This document shows, piece by piece, positions 27,601-39,190 of a stretch of 64,000 nt of DNA. How positions within the stretch are numbered: the stretch's first letter is position 1; each line of letters starts with the position of its first letter. The DNA comes from Macrostomum hystrix (lineage: Eukaryota; Animalia; Platyhelminthes). A program made the translations under genes and the position numbers. The stretch spans positions 8,060,001 through 8,124,000 of the forward strand of contig CATNEN010000003.1 of NCBI GenBank assembly GCA_950097015.1. The letters are read 5' to 3'. Under the pieces are notes generated by a model, which saw nothing but the letters and a program-made list of their open reading frames with translations, was not told the DNA's origin and searched no databases.

Positions 27601-30600
27601 TGAGAACAGTGAAGGGAGAGGATGAGAACAGTGAAGGAGAGGATGAGAACAGTGAAGGGAGAGGATGAGAGCAGTGAAGGGAGAGGATGAGAACAGTGAA
27701 GGGAGAGGATGAGAGCAGTGAAGGGAGAGGATGAGAACAGTGAAGGGAGAGGATGTAAGCAGTGAAGGGAGAGGATGAGAACAGTGAAGGGAGAGGATGA
27801 GAACAGTGAAGGGAGATTTCTTTGAAGACTCTAAAAGGATTAGTTACGCACGAGAACAATTGTACCCACCGCAGCACACAGTGATGTTTGATGTGAACCA
27901 AGTCATGTGTACAGTTTGGTGTCTTACACACAGTTATGCATAAATTTGAAATTAATATTTAAATCAGCTTACTCAGATGGACAAAAATAAGTCTACCTAC
28001 TGGACGGATTTACCTTAGATTGACAGGTAAGGCTGCTAGGCTGTGGCAGGCTAGTCGTATGTGGCATCTGACCTGACCGCGTTCTATAACTAGGGGCAGG
28101 TGATCTCTTTGAGCTGGGATTAAGGCAGAATTTTCATTTCGGCCACAAGTCGCATTCCCCTACCCTGCCGCTGTGTGGGAGGGCAGGAAGTGAATAAAAA
28201 AAGCTAAGGAGATGAATTGGAGATTTCGATTAGGGGATAATTTGCCTTCGCAATTGTCACTAGGCGAGGAGAATCAATGTGGGGATGATAAGAAAATATG
28301 CAGCTTCGGTGACACTGGATTCTGCAACAATCTTATCGTTCAGGATTGGCCACAAACTTGCTGATGAATCGCTTTTAGCCTAGTGATTAGAGCCTTGGAA
28401 GATCAGGGGTTCGATTCCCAGCCCTAGGAGACAGAATGTGAAGGGTGAGACAGGACAGAATTTGAAGGTGAGACAGGACATGATGTGAAGGCTGAGGAAT
28501 TGTGACGATGTGAAGGGTAGGGGGTGAGTGGCATAGCGGTCTAACGCGTTTGCCTCTCGCTCCAAGGTCCCTGAGTTCGATTCCGCGGCGAGGCCACATT
28601 CATTTAGGGCGAAGCCACGGAGAGAAGGCTTGGGGACTTGTCGTGCAATATACGCCCTTTGAGGGCCAACCTATAAGGCACAGTGAGAGTGTACACTTCC
28701 TGACGATGGGAAAGTCAGGGCAGATGTTATCTATGTGCCTGTGTGCTCAGGAGTCATCGAAACGGGCAGATTTGCCTCCTCGCTGGCTGCAGTTCTACAA
28801 TCACCAAATGATGTGCCACTGCCCGCAGCTCTCCTGCAGTTCTTCTTATTGTTATTATTATTGTTATTATTCTTACGTGAAGGGTAAGAAAGTGGAGAAT
28901 GTGAAAGGTGAGAGAGAAGCCCAATAAGCATGCATAGACAGTGACTTGTCAATAAACAATGAATTCGAAAAAAGCATTGGAGCTTATTGAAGCATTAAAA
29001 ATGAAAGCCGCGACAACTATTACTCGTACATAAGTCGTATAAAAGCAAAGCTACCACAGACCGGAATAGAAGAGAGAAGAGAAGAGAGAATGGTTAGACT
29101 TATGAGTGCAGTCTCTGAGCTAGCGAAAGTAATTAGTTAGCCCATCGATAAATCTGATTGACTCAAGACTGAATTGAGAACTTTCTTGCCTCAACTAAAG
29201 TGTGCGGCTTGAAAATGAAAATACTCATCTTAATAAGTTACTAAAACTATATGAATTTGCGAGCCTAAGTATTTGATTAATAGAACGCAAAACAGCCACT
29301 GAAAAAATAATTAAAACTAAAAAAAATGGTTTTGAAGCAGACAAGAAAGGCAAAAAACGGATGCATCAGCAGAAAATGGTGAATTGTCAGCAACAGCAGC
29401 AGCAGAAAATGTTGAATTGTCAGCAACAGCAGCAGCAGAAAATGTTGCATTGTCAGCAACAGCAGCAGCAGAAAATGTTGCATTATCAGCAACAGCATCA
29501 GCAGAAAATGTTGAATTGTCAGCAACAGCAGCAGCAGAAAATGTTGAATTGTCAGCAACAGCATCAGCAGAAAATGTTGAATTGTCAGCGACAGCAGCAG
29601 CAGAAAATGTTGAATTGTCAGCGACAGCAGCAGCAGAAAATGTTGAATTGTCAGCAACAGCATCAGCAGAAAATGTTGAATTGTCAGCAACAGCAGCAGC
29701 AGAAAATGTTGAATTGTCAGCAACAGCAGCAGCAGAAAATGTTGAATTGCCAGCCACAGCAGCAGCAGAAAATGTTGAATTGTCAGCAACAGCAGCAGCA
29801 GAAAATGTTGAATTGTCAGCAACAGCAGCAGCAGAAAATGTTGCATTATCAGCAACAGCATCAGCAGAAAATGTTGAATTGTCAGCCACAGCAGCAGCAG
29901 AAAATGTTGAATTGTCAGCAACAGCAGCAGCAGAAAATGTTGAATTGTCAGCAACAGCATCAGCAGAAAATGTTGAATTGTCAGCGACAGCAGCAGCAGA
30001 AAATGTTGAATTGTCAGCGACAGCAGCAGCAGAAAATGTTGAATTGTCAGCAACAGCATCAGCAGAAAATGTTGAATTGTCAGCAACAGCAGCAGCAGAA
30101 AATGTTGAATTGTCAGCAACAGCAGCAGCAGAAAATGTTGAATTGCCAGCCACAGCAGCAGCAGAAAATGTTGAATTGTCAGCAACAGCAGCAGCAGAAA
30201 ATGTTGAATTGTCAGCAACAGCAGCAGCAGAAAATTTTGAATTGTCAGCAACAGCAGCAGCAGAAAATGTTGCATTGTCAGAAACAGCAGCAGCAGAAAA
30301 TGTTGAATTGTCAGCAACAGCAGCAGCAGAAAATGTTGCATTGTCAGAAACAGCAGCAGCAGAAAATGTTGAATTGTCAGCGACAGCAGCAGCAGAAAAT
30401 GTTGCATTGTCAGCAACAGCAGCAGCAAAGGCAAAATCTTCAAAAAACAGCAGAAGAAGCAGGCAAAGCTAAGTTATAAGGACAGCGGCAGCAGAAAAAA
30501 CTGATTATTCATTTCTTTATCGTCCTAACCTGATTTAATTATTTCTGCACAGTATCCGTTCCCTGTTTCTCTCTGTCTCAGCAATTCCCCTCCCGCAGAC

Positions 30601-30720
30601 TTTTCTGCCGAACAGCTCGAAGGCCTCACTAACAGCGAAGTTCTTTTAGCAGAAATCGATGACCTCTCACCCAGTTTTTCCTCTGAGCTTTCAATCCTTG
30701 TCGAGACCGACAAAGTGCGC
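12632..30720 (-). CDS. Tentative multi-exon gene for a low-complexity Ser/Arg-rich protein of unknown function (5' end not identified)
   Basis: GC-rich coding-like exons with GT-AG borders and compatible phases: 30720-30530 (phase 2-1), 23046-22612 (1-1), 15024-14671 (1-1), and 12699-12632 (terminal; TGA followed directly by AATAAA). Several RRxS/KRxS motifs (KRTSLL, RRLSS, RRVSG, RRTSIL) and a polyQ. The two middle exons are the best supported; linking all four is inferred. Confidence 0.5.
12915..14670. repeat. 21/23-bp minisatellite (TCTCA[CA]CTGTCCTGTTCTCAAA)n
   Basis: Directly visible. It ends exactly at the donor site of the 14671-15024 exon. Confidence 0.97.
15555..16140. repeat. 12-bp purine-rich repeat (GAGACAGAGAGG/GAGACAGAGAAG)n
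   Basis: Directly visible. Confidence 0.93.
16612..16963. repeat. 27-bp minisatellite (CAATCTACCTCTCTGCCTACTGTCTCA)n
   Basis: About 13 units visible. Confidence 0.95.
17379..18823. repeat. (ACTC)n microsatellite
   Basis: Directly visible. Confidence 0.98.
19520..20465. repeat. ~23-bp minisatellite (GGGATCATTTAGGGATCTGGGAT)n
   Basis: Directly visible. Confidence 0.93.
20855..21260. repeat. 20-bp minisatellite (GAAATGGCACTTTCTAATTC)n
   Basis: Directly visible, degenerating at the right end. Confidence 0.92.
21906..22590. repeat. 16-bp minisatellite (GGGATCTGTAGGATCT)n
   Basis: Directly visible. Confidence 0.96.
23129..23370 (+). mobile_element. tRNA-derived SINE copy (internal deletion)
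   Basis: A-box-like TGGCAGAGCGG, B-box-like GCTCGATTCC, and a body homologous to the 28520-28876 copy. Confidence 0.85.
24135..24348. mobile_element. MITE-like element with ~35-bp imperfect terminal inverted repeats
   Basis: Left end TAATTTGAATTGGCGCCAAATCTGTTCTTGTACA matches the reverse complement of the right end, TAATTTAAATTGGCGCCATATCTGTTCTTGAACA. AT-rich, non-coding interior. Confidence 0.65.
25210..25722. repeat. (CATC)n microsatellite
   Basis: Directly visible. Confidence 0.97.
26620..27125. repeat. Degenerate (ATAG/ACAG/GTAG)n microsatellite
   Basis: Visible decayed tetranucleotide periodicity. Confidence 0.8.
27150..27330 (-). mobile_element. Diverged tRNA-SINE copy (partial)
   Basis: The reverse complement contains CCGCAGCGAGGCTACATT, GCAGCC..GAGAGAAGGCTTGGGG and GTACACAGCCCGACTATGAGAAAGTCGGG..GATGTACAC, collinear with the 28.5-kb copy. 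Confidence 0.7.
27331..27815. repeat. 22-bp minisatellite (GAACAGTGAAGGGAGAGGATGA)n, array 1
   Basis: Directly visible. Same unit as 31011-32062. Confidence 0.96.
28520..28876 (+). mobile_element. Full-length tRNA-derived SINE with 10-bp TSD
   Basis: A-box TGGCATAGCGG (28529-28539), B-box GTTCGATTCC (28575-28584), (TTA/TTG)n tail, and direct repeat GTGAAGGGTA at 28510-28519 and 28877-28886. Several homologous copies occur in the window. Confidence 0.88.
29365..30428. repeat. 33-bp CAG-rich minisatellite (CAGCAGAAAATGTTGAATTGTCAGCAACAGCAG)n
   Basis: About 32 units visible; open in 4 of 6 frames. Confidence 0.95.
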
Positions 30721-31010
30721 CTACCATAGGCCGGCCAAAGTGAATGAGCAGAATTGATATTGATTTCTTTGGTATTGATTTTTTCTCATATGCTGCAGAT
30801 TCAGGCCCGCAGGCACTCCATGTGAACCCATATGGGTCTGCGAATTGTAGCGAGCATGGTTGAACAGTAAAACTGACTCTATTAATAGATGGATTGTACG
30901 ATTGTGATATCTGATGAATTTCAAATGCGATTCCTACACTCGTACAATTAGGCAAAAATTAAGAGAGCTAACGGATTAGAATAAGAGCGATACGAGACAG
31001 GGTACTGGGT

Positions 31011-32062
31011 GAGAACAGTGAAGGGAGAGGATAAGAACAGTGAAGGGAGAGGATGAGAACAGTGAAGGGAGAGGATGAGAACAGTGAAGGGAGAGGATGA
31101 GAACAGTGAAGGGAGAGGATGAGAACAGTGAAGGGAGAGGATGAGAACAGTGAAGGGAGAGGATGAGAACAGTGAAGGGAGAGGATGAGAACAGTGAAGG
31201 GAGAGGATGTGAACAGTGAAAGGAGAGGATGAGAACAGTGAAGGGAGAGGATGAGAACAGTGAAGGGAGAGGATGAGAACAGTGAAGGGAGAGGATGAGA
31301 ACAGTGAAGGGAGAGGATGAGAACAGTGAAGGGAGAGGATGAGAACAGTGAAGGAGAGGATGAGAACAGTGAAGGGAGAGGATGAGAACAGTGAAGGGAG
31401 AGGATGAGAACAGTGAAGGGAGAGGATGTGAACAGTGAAGGGAGAGGATGAGAACAGTGAAGGGAGAGGATGTGAACAGTGAAGGGAGAGGATGAGAACA
31501 GTGAAGGGAGAGGATGAGAACAGTGAAGGGAGAGGATGAGAACAGTGAAGGGAGAGGATGAGAACAGTGAAGGGAGAGGATGAGAACAGTGAAGGGAGAG
31601 GATGTGAACAGTGAAGGGAGAGGATGAGAACAGTGAAGGGAGAGGATGTGAACAGTGAAGGGAGAGGATGAGAACAGTGAAGGGAGAGGATGAGAACAGT
31701 GAAGGGAGAGGATGAGAACAGTGAAGGGAGAGGATGAGAACAGTGAAGGGAGAGGATGAGAACAGTGAAGGGAGAGGATGAGAACAGTGAAGGGAGAGGA
31801 TGAGAACAGTGAAGGGAGAGGATGTGAACAGTGAAGGGAGAGGATGAGAACAGTGAAGGGAGAGGATGAGAACAGTGAAGGGAGAGGATAAGAACAGTGA
31901 AGGGAGAGGATGAGAACAGTGAAGGGAGAAGATGAGAACAGTGAAGGGAGAAGATGTGAACAGTGAAGGGAGAGGATGAGAACAGTGAAGGGAGAGGATG
32001 AGAACAGTGAAGGGAGAGGATGTGAACAGTGAAGGGAGAGGATGAGAACAGTGAAGGGAGAG
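31011..32062. repeat. 22-bp minisatellite (GAACAGTGAAGGGAGAGGATGA)n, array 2
   Basis: Directly visible. Confidence 0.96.
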
Positions 32063-32410
32063 GAGAGGTAGACACTGGAGAGGAAGACACTGGAGAGGTA
32101 GACACAGGAGAGGAAGACACTGGAGAGGAAGATACTGGAGAGGAAGATACTGGAGAGGAAGACACTGGAGAGGAAGACACCGGAGAGGTAGACACGGGAG
32201 AGGTAGACACTGGAGAGGAAGACACCGGAGAGGTAGACACGGGAGAGGAAGACACCGGAGAGGTAGACACTGGAGAGGAAGACACCGGAGAGGTAGACAC
32301 GGGAGAGGAAGACACTGGAGAGGAAGACACTGGAGAGGAAGACACCGGAGAGGTAGACACGGGAGAGGTAGACACTGGAGAGGTAGACACGGGAGAGGTA
32401 GACACGGGAG
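32063..32410. repeat. 15-bp minisatellite (GAGAGG[A/T]AGACAC[T/C/G]G)n
   Basis: Directly visible, abutting the 22-bp array. Confidence 0.94.
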
Positions 32411-32961
32411 ATAAGAGACAGAGGTTGAACAGGCAATCTAGTATTGAGCTGTGACAAGGCTAATATAATCCTATCGGTTCACGCCCCACAGAATCGCGTG
32501 AATGGCAGGCATTCACGGCAAGTTCAGAATCGTTCAATGCAGCATTGTCTCCGCATGGACAGCCAGCCAGCAGCTTTGGGGTTCAACTGCAAAGCCGCTT
32601 AGAAAAAGCTTGGCAGAGGGCTGAATTCTCGATAGCGATATTCGCCGGCTGGAATTCGTTCGTCCGTGGCAAATTCGCAAAAAGACAATAAATAATCGAC
32701 TAGACAAAGTGACGGCGCTTCTCATTGCGACTGAGTCCTGTGCCTGCCTGAGCACATTTGCCTAGCCGATAATGAGCTCATTTTGGCACTTTTTCGTTTC
32801 ATAGAAACCCGCAATTAGTTATCTGATTTGAGTAAAAGCAAATGCTGTGATTTCTGGAGCAACAGATTCCGGTGTTTGAAATAAAAGTGCAAATGTGCAA
32901 TGATCGATGCATGCTTGACGTTAGGCTTTGTCGTATTGGCCATTATATTTTTCGACTTGTC

Positions 32962-35900
32962 TAACATCTACTATCTAACATCTAGGGGTTCTGTCTAATA
33001 TGTAGGGGTTCTGTCTAATATGTAGGGGTTCTGTCTAATATGTAGGGGTTCTGTCTAATATGTAGGGGTTCTGTCTAATATGTAGGGGTTCTGTATAATA
33101 TGTAGGGGTTCTGTCTAATATGTAGGGGTTCTGTCTAATATGTAGGGTTCTGTCTAACATCTAGGGGTTCTGTCTAATATGTAGGGGTTCTGTCTAATAT
33201 GTAGGGTTCTGTCTAATATGTAGGGGTTCTGTCTAATATGTAGGGGTTCTGTCTAATATGTAGGGGTTCTGTCTAATATGTAGGGGTTCTGTCTAATATG
33301 TAGGGTTCTGTCTAATATGTAGGGGTTCTGTCTAATATGTAGGGGTTCTGTCTAATATGTAGGGTTCTGTCTAATATGTAGGGGTTCTGTCTAATATGTA
33401 GGGGTTCTGTCTAATATGTAGGGGTTCTGTCTAATATGTAGGGGTTCTGTCTAATATGTAGGGGTTTCTGTCTAATATGTAGGGGTTCTGTCTAATATGT
33501 AGGGGTTCTGTCTAATATGTAGGGGTTCAGTCTAATATGTAGGGGTTCTGTCTAATATGTAGGGGTTCTGTCTAATATGTAGGGGTTCTGTCTAATATGT
33601 AGGGGTTCTGTCTAATATGTAGGGGTTCTGTCTAATATGTAGGGGTTCTGTCTAATATGTAGGGGTTCTGTCTAATATGTAGGGGTTCTGTCTAATATGT
33701 AGGGTTCTGTCTAACATCCAGGGGTTCTGTCTAATATGTAGGGGTTCTGTCTAATATGTAGGGTTCTGTCTAATATGTAGGGGTTCTGTCTAATATGTAG
33801 GGGTTCTGTCTAATATGTAGGGGTTCTGTCTAATATGTAGGGGTTCTGTCTAATATGTAGGGGTTCTGTCTAATATGTAGGGGTTCAGTCTAATATGTAG
33901 GGGTTCTGTCTAATATGTAGGGGTTCTGTCTAATATGTAGGGGTTCTGTCTAATATGTAGGGGTTCTGTCTAATATGTAGGGGTTCTGTCTAATATGTAG
34001 GGGTTCTGTCTAATATGTAGGGGTTCTGTCTAATATGTAGGGGTTCTGTCTAATATGTAGGGTTCTGTCTAACATCTAGGGGTTCTGTCTAATATGTAGG
34101 GGTTCTGTCTAATATGTAGGGGTTCTGTCTAATATGTAGGGGTTCTGTCTAATATGTAGGGGTTCTGTCTAATATGTAGGGGTTCTGTCTAATATGTAGG
34201 GGTTCTGTCTAATATGTAGGGGTTCTGTCTAATATGTAGGGGTTCTGTCTAACATCTAGGGGTTCTGTCTAATATGTAGGGGTTCTGTCTAATATGTAGG
34301 GTTCTGTCTAATATCTAGGGGTACTGTCTAACATCTAGGGGTTCTGTCTAACATCTAGGGGTTCTGTCTAACATCTAGGGGTTCTGTCTAACATCTAGGG
34401 GTCCGGTCTAACATCTAGGGGTTCTGTCTAATATCTAGGGGTTCTGTCTAACATCTAGGGGTTCTGTCTAATATGTAGGGTTCTGTCTAACATCTAGGGG
34501 TTCTGTCTAATATGTAGGGTTCTGTCTAATATGTAGGGGTTCTGTCTAACATCTAGGGGTTCTGTCTAATATGTAGGGTTCAGTCTAACATCTAGGGGTT
34601 CTGTCTAATATGTAGGGTTCTGTCTAATATGTAGGGGTTCAGTCTAATATGTAGGGGTTCTGTCTAATATGTAGGGTTCTGTCTAATATGTAGGGGTTCA
34701 GTCTAATATGTAGGGGTTCTGTCTAACATCTAGGGGTTCTGTCTAACATCTAGGGGTTCTGTCTAATATGTAGGGGTTCTGTCTAACATCTAGGTGTTCT
34801 GTCTAATATGTAGGGTTCTGTCTAACATCTAGGGGTTCTGTCTAATATGTAGGGTTCTGTCTAATATGTAGGGGTTCTGTCTAACATCTAGGGGTTCTGT
34901 CTAATATGTAGGGTTCAGTCTAACATCTAGGGGTTCTGTCTAATATGTAGGGTTCTGTCTAATATGTAGGGGTTCAGTCTAATATGTAGGGGTTCTGTCT
35001 AACATCTAGGGGTTCTGTCTAATATGTAGGGGTTCTGTCTAATATGTAGGGTTCTGTCTAATATCTAGGGGTACTGTCTAACATCTAGGGGTTCTGTCTA
35101 ACATCTAGGGGTTCTGTCTAACATCTAGGGGTTCTGTCTAACATCTAGGGGTCCGGTCTAACATCTAGGGGTTCTGTCTAATATCTAGGGGTTCTGTCTA
35201 ACATCTAGGGGTTCTGTCTAATATGTAGGGTTCTGTCTAACATCTAGGGGTTCTGTCTAATATGTAGGGTTCTGTCTAATATGTAGGGGTTCTGTCTAAC
35301 ATCTAGGGGTTCTGTCTAATATGTAGGGTTCAGTCTAACATCTAGGGGTTCTGTCTAATATGTAGGGTTCTGTCTAATATGTAGGGGTTCAGTCTAATAT
35401 GTAGGGGTTCTGTCTAATATGTAGGGTTCTGTCTAATATGTAGGGGTTCAGTCTAATATGTAGGGGTTCTGTCTAACATCTAGGGGTTCTGTCTAACATC
35501 TAGGGGTTCTGTCTAATATGTAGGGGTTCTGTCTAACATCTAGGTGTTCTGTCTAATATGTAGGGTTCTGTCTAACATCTAGGGGTTCTGTCTAATATGT
35601 AGGGTTCTGTCTAATATGTAGGGGTTCTGTCTAACATCTAGGGGTTCTGTCTAATATGTAGGGTTCAGTCTAACATCTAGGGGTTCTGTCTAATATGTAG
35701 GGTTCTGTCTAATATGTAGGGGTTCAGTCTAATATGTAGGGGTTCTGTCTAACATCTAGGGGTTCTGTCTAATATGTAGGGGTTCTGTCTAATATGTAGG
35801 GTTCTGTCTAATATCTAGGGGTACTGTCTAACATCTAGGGGTTCTGTCTAACATCTAGGGGTTCTGTCTAACATCTAGGGGTTCTGTCTAACATCTAGGG

Positions 35901-36770
35901 GTCCGGTCTAACATCTAGGGGTTCTGTCTAATATCTAGGGGTTCTGTCTAACATCTAGGGGTTCTGTCTAATATGTAGGGTTCTGTCTAACATCTAGGGG
36001 TTCTGTCTAATATGTAGGGTTCTGTCTAATATGTAGGGGTTCTGTCTAACATCTAGGGGTTCTGTCTAATATGTAGGGTTCAGTCTAACATCTAGGGGTT
36101 CTGTCTAATATGTAGGGTTCTGTCTAATATGTAGGGGTTCAGTCTAATATGTAGGGGTTCTGTCTAATATGTAGGGTTCTGTCTAATATGTAGGGGTTCA
36201 GTCTAATATGTAGGGGTTCTGTCTAACATCTAGGGGTTCTGTCTAACATCTAGGGGTTCTGTCTAATATGTAGGGGTTCTGTCTAACATCTAGGGGTTCT
36301 GTCTAATATGTAGGGTTCTGTCTAACATCTAGGGGTTCTGTCTAATATGTAGGGTTCTGTCTAATATGTAGGGGTTCTGTCTAACATCTAGGGGTTCTGT
36401 CTAATATGTAGGGTTCAGTCTAACATCTAGGGGTTCTGTCTAATATGTAGGGTTCTGTCTAATATGTAGGGGTTCAGTCTAATATGTAGGGGTTCTGTCT
36501 AACATCTAGGGGTTCTGTCTAATATGTAGGGTTCTGTCTAACATCTAGGGGTTCTATCTAATATGTAGGGTTCTGTCTAACATCTAGGGGTTCTGTCTAA
36601 CATCTAGGGGTTCTGTCTAATATCTAGGGGTTCTGTCTAATCTCTAGGGGTACTGTCTAACATCTCAGGATTCTGTCTAACATCTCAGGATTCTGTCTAA
36701 CATCTCAGGATTCTGTCTAACATCTCAGGATTCTGTCTAACATCTCAGGATTCTGTCTAACATCTCGGAG
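32962..36770. repeat. 19/20-bp satellite (CTGTCTAATATGTAGGGGTT)n with 750-bp higher-order repeat
   Basis: Directly visible. The diagnostic variant GTCCGG recurs at 34401, 35151 and 35901. Confidence 0.97.
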
Positions 36771-37494
36771 TTAGCTAACATCTCACTTGTCCAACATGCT
36801 AAGTGTCCCATGTATTTCTATCTAGAGTCAGATAGAACAATCATTAGTTCAAATCCAGTCGACACTCAACAAGTTATTTAGCTTGTCTTCGTCTATAGGA
36901 ATGGTGCACTACCGCAGGCAAAGGCCGACGAAAAGCTCGCACTTGTTTTCGCAACTGGTGGAATATATAGCTGAGAACTCATGAAGCCAGCCTACTGTGC
37001 TCAGGCCATTGTACTCAGAGACTAATGCGGAATTATCTATAGCCGGGGCGCGCAGACGGATAGCCGCATGGATTATCCCCAGCTGTCACAAGCATGCGTC
37101 ACATAATAGCTTTCCGACTGAAGGCTTTCAGGCTGGAGAAGGACGGATTGCGAGATTGACTTCTGTATAGGGCTTCTCTAGCCACCAAAAAATCTGGGAT
37201 TCGCATCCCATTGAGCTGTAGAGGAAGAGAAAAATTTGGGCGAAGAAGGGAATAATAGAATTATAATAAGAGAACTTTATAAGGCTCCACCTATAGGACC
37301 CAGATTCTTTAACATTCTGGTGGCCTGTGTATAGGATGAGCAGCTTCTTCAGGCTTAGAAATAGTCTGAGCACCAAAAAGGAAACGGAAGATAGCAAAGC
37401 CTTCTAAGAATATTGTGTTGGCCCAGCAAACTGTGGAGGTTCTTTTCAGTACCTGCGGCTGTTGTGCTGTGAGTCTAGAGAAACAGCATCAATT

Positions 37495-39190
37495 GAGGTC
37501 AAATTGCTGACTGCATGCTGATCATTGCAAACTGTATATTTTTTTGGAGGGGGTCAGTTGCTGACTGCATGCTGATCATTGCAAGCTGTATATTTATTTT
37601 GGAGGGGGTCAGTTGCTGATTGCATACTGATCATTGCAAACTGTATATTTATTTTGGAGGGGTCAGTTGCTGACTGCATGCTGATCATTGCAAACTGTAT
37701 ATTTATTTTGGAGGGGGTCAATTGCTGACTGCATGCTGATCATTGCAAACTGCATATTTATTTTGGAGGGGGTCAGTTGCTGACTGCATGCTGATCATTG
37801 GAAACTGTATTTATTTTGGAGGGGGTCAGTTGCTGACTTCATGCTGATCATTCGCAAACTGTATTTATTTTGGAGGGGGTCAGTTGCTGACTGCATGCTG
37901 ATCATTGGAAACTGTATTTATTTTGGAGGGGGTCAGTTGCTGACTGCATGCTGATCATTGGAAACTGTATTTATTTTGGAGGGGGTCAGTTGCTGACTTC
38001 ATGCTGATCATTCGCAAACTGTATTTATTTTGGAGGGGGTCAATTGCTGACTGCATACTGATCATTGGAAACTGTATTTATTTTGGAGGGGGTCAGTTGC
38101 TGACTGCATGCTGATCATTGGAAACTGTATTTATTTTGGAGGGGGTCAGTTGCTGACTTCATGCTGATCATTCGCAAACTGTATTTATTTTGGAGGGGGT
38201 CAGTTGCTGACTGCATGCTGATCATTGGAAACTGTATTTATTTTGGAGGGGGTCAGTTGCTGACTGCATGCTGATCATTGGAAACTGTATTTATTTTGGA
38301 GGGGGTCAGTTGCTGACTTCATGCTGATCATTCGCAAACTGTATTTATTTTGGAGGGGGTCAATTGCTGACTGCATACTGATCATTGGAAACTGTATTTA
38401 TTTTGGAGGGGGTCAGTTGCTGACTGCATGCTGATCATTGGAAACTGTATTTATTTTGGAGGGGGTCAGTTGCTGACTTCATGCTGATCATTCGCAAACT
38501 GTATTTATTTTGGAGGGGGTCAATTGCTGATTGCATACTGATCATTGCAAACAGTATATTTATTTTGGAGGGGGTCAGTTGCTGACTGCATGCTGATCAT
38601 TGGAAACTGTATTTATTTTGGAGGGGGTCAGTTGCTGACTGCATGCTGATCATTGGAAACTGTATTTATTTTGGAGGGGGTCAATTGCTGACTGCATGCT
38701 GATCATTGGAAACTGTATTTATTTTGGAGGGGGTCAATTGCTGACTGCATGCTGATCATTGGAAACTGTATTTATTTTGGAGGGGGTCAGTTGCTGACTG
38801 CATGCTGATCATTGGAAACTGTATATTTATTTTGGAGGGGGTCAGTTGCTGACTGCATGCTGATCATTGGAAACTGTATTTATTTTGGAGGGGGTCAATT
38901 GCTGACTGCATGCTGATCATTGGAAACTGTATTTATTTTGGAGGGGGTCAGTTGCTGACTGCATGCTGATCATTGGAAACTGTATTTATTTTGGAGGGGG
39001 TCAGTTGCTGACTGCATGCTGATCATTGGAAACTGTATTTATTTTGGAGGGGGTCAGTTGCTGACTGCATGCTGATCATTGGAAACTGTATTTATTTTGG
39101 AGGGGGTCAAAAAAATTGCTGATTGCATACTGATCATTGCAAACAGTATATTTATTTTGAAGGGGGTCAATTGCTGACTGCATGCTAATC
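37495..39190. repeat. ~53-bp minisatellite (GGAGGGGGTCAGTTGCTGACTGCATGCTGATCATTGGAAACTGTATTTATTTT)n
   Basis: About 31 units. A 160-bp trimeric higher-order pattern occurs in the middle. Confidence 0.96.

Noticed and set aside
28375-28600. Functional tRNA genes (A/B boxes at ~28376-28420 and 28529-28584)
   Set aside because: No complete cloverleaf is evident; the boxes belong to SINE heads or fragments.
30948-32457. 485-493-aa ORFs and an acidic GEEDT-repeat ORF
   Set aside because: Translations of the 22-bp and 15-bp minisatellites.
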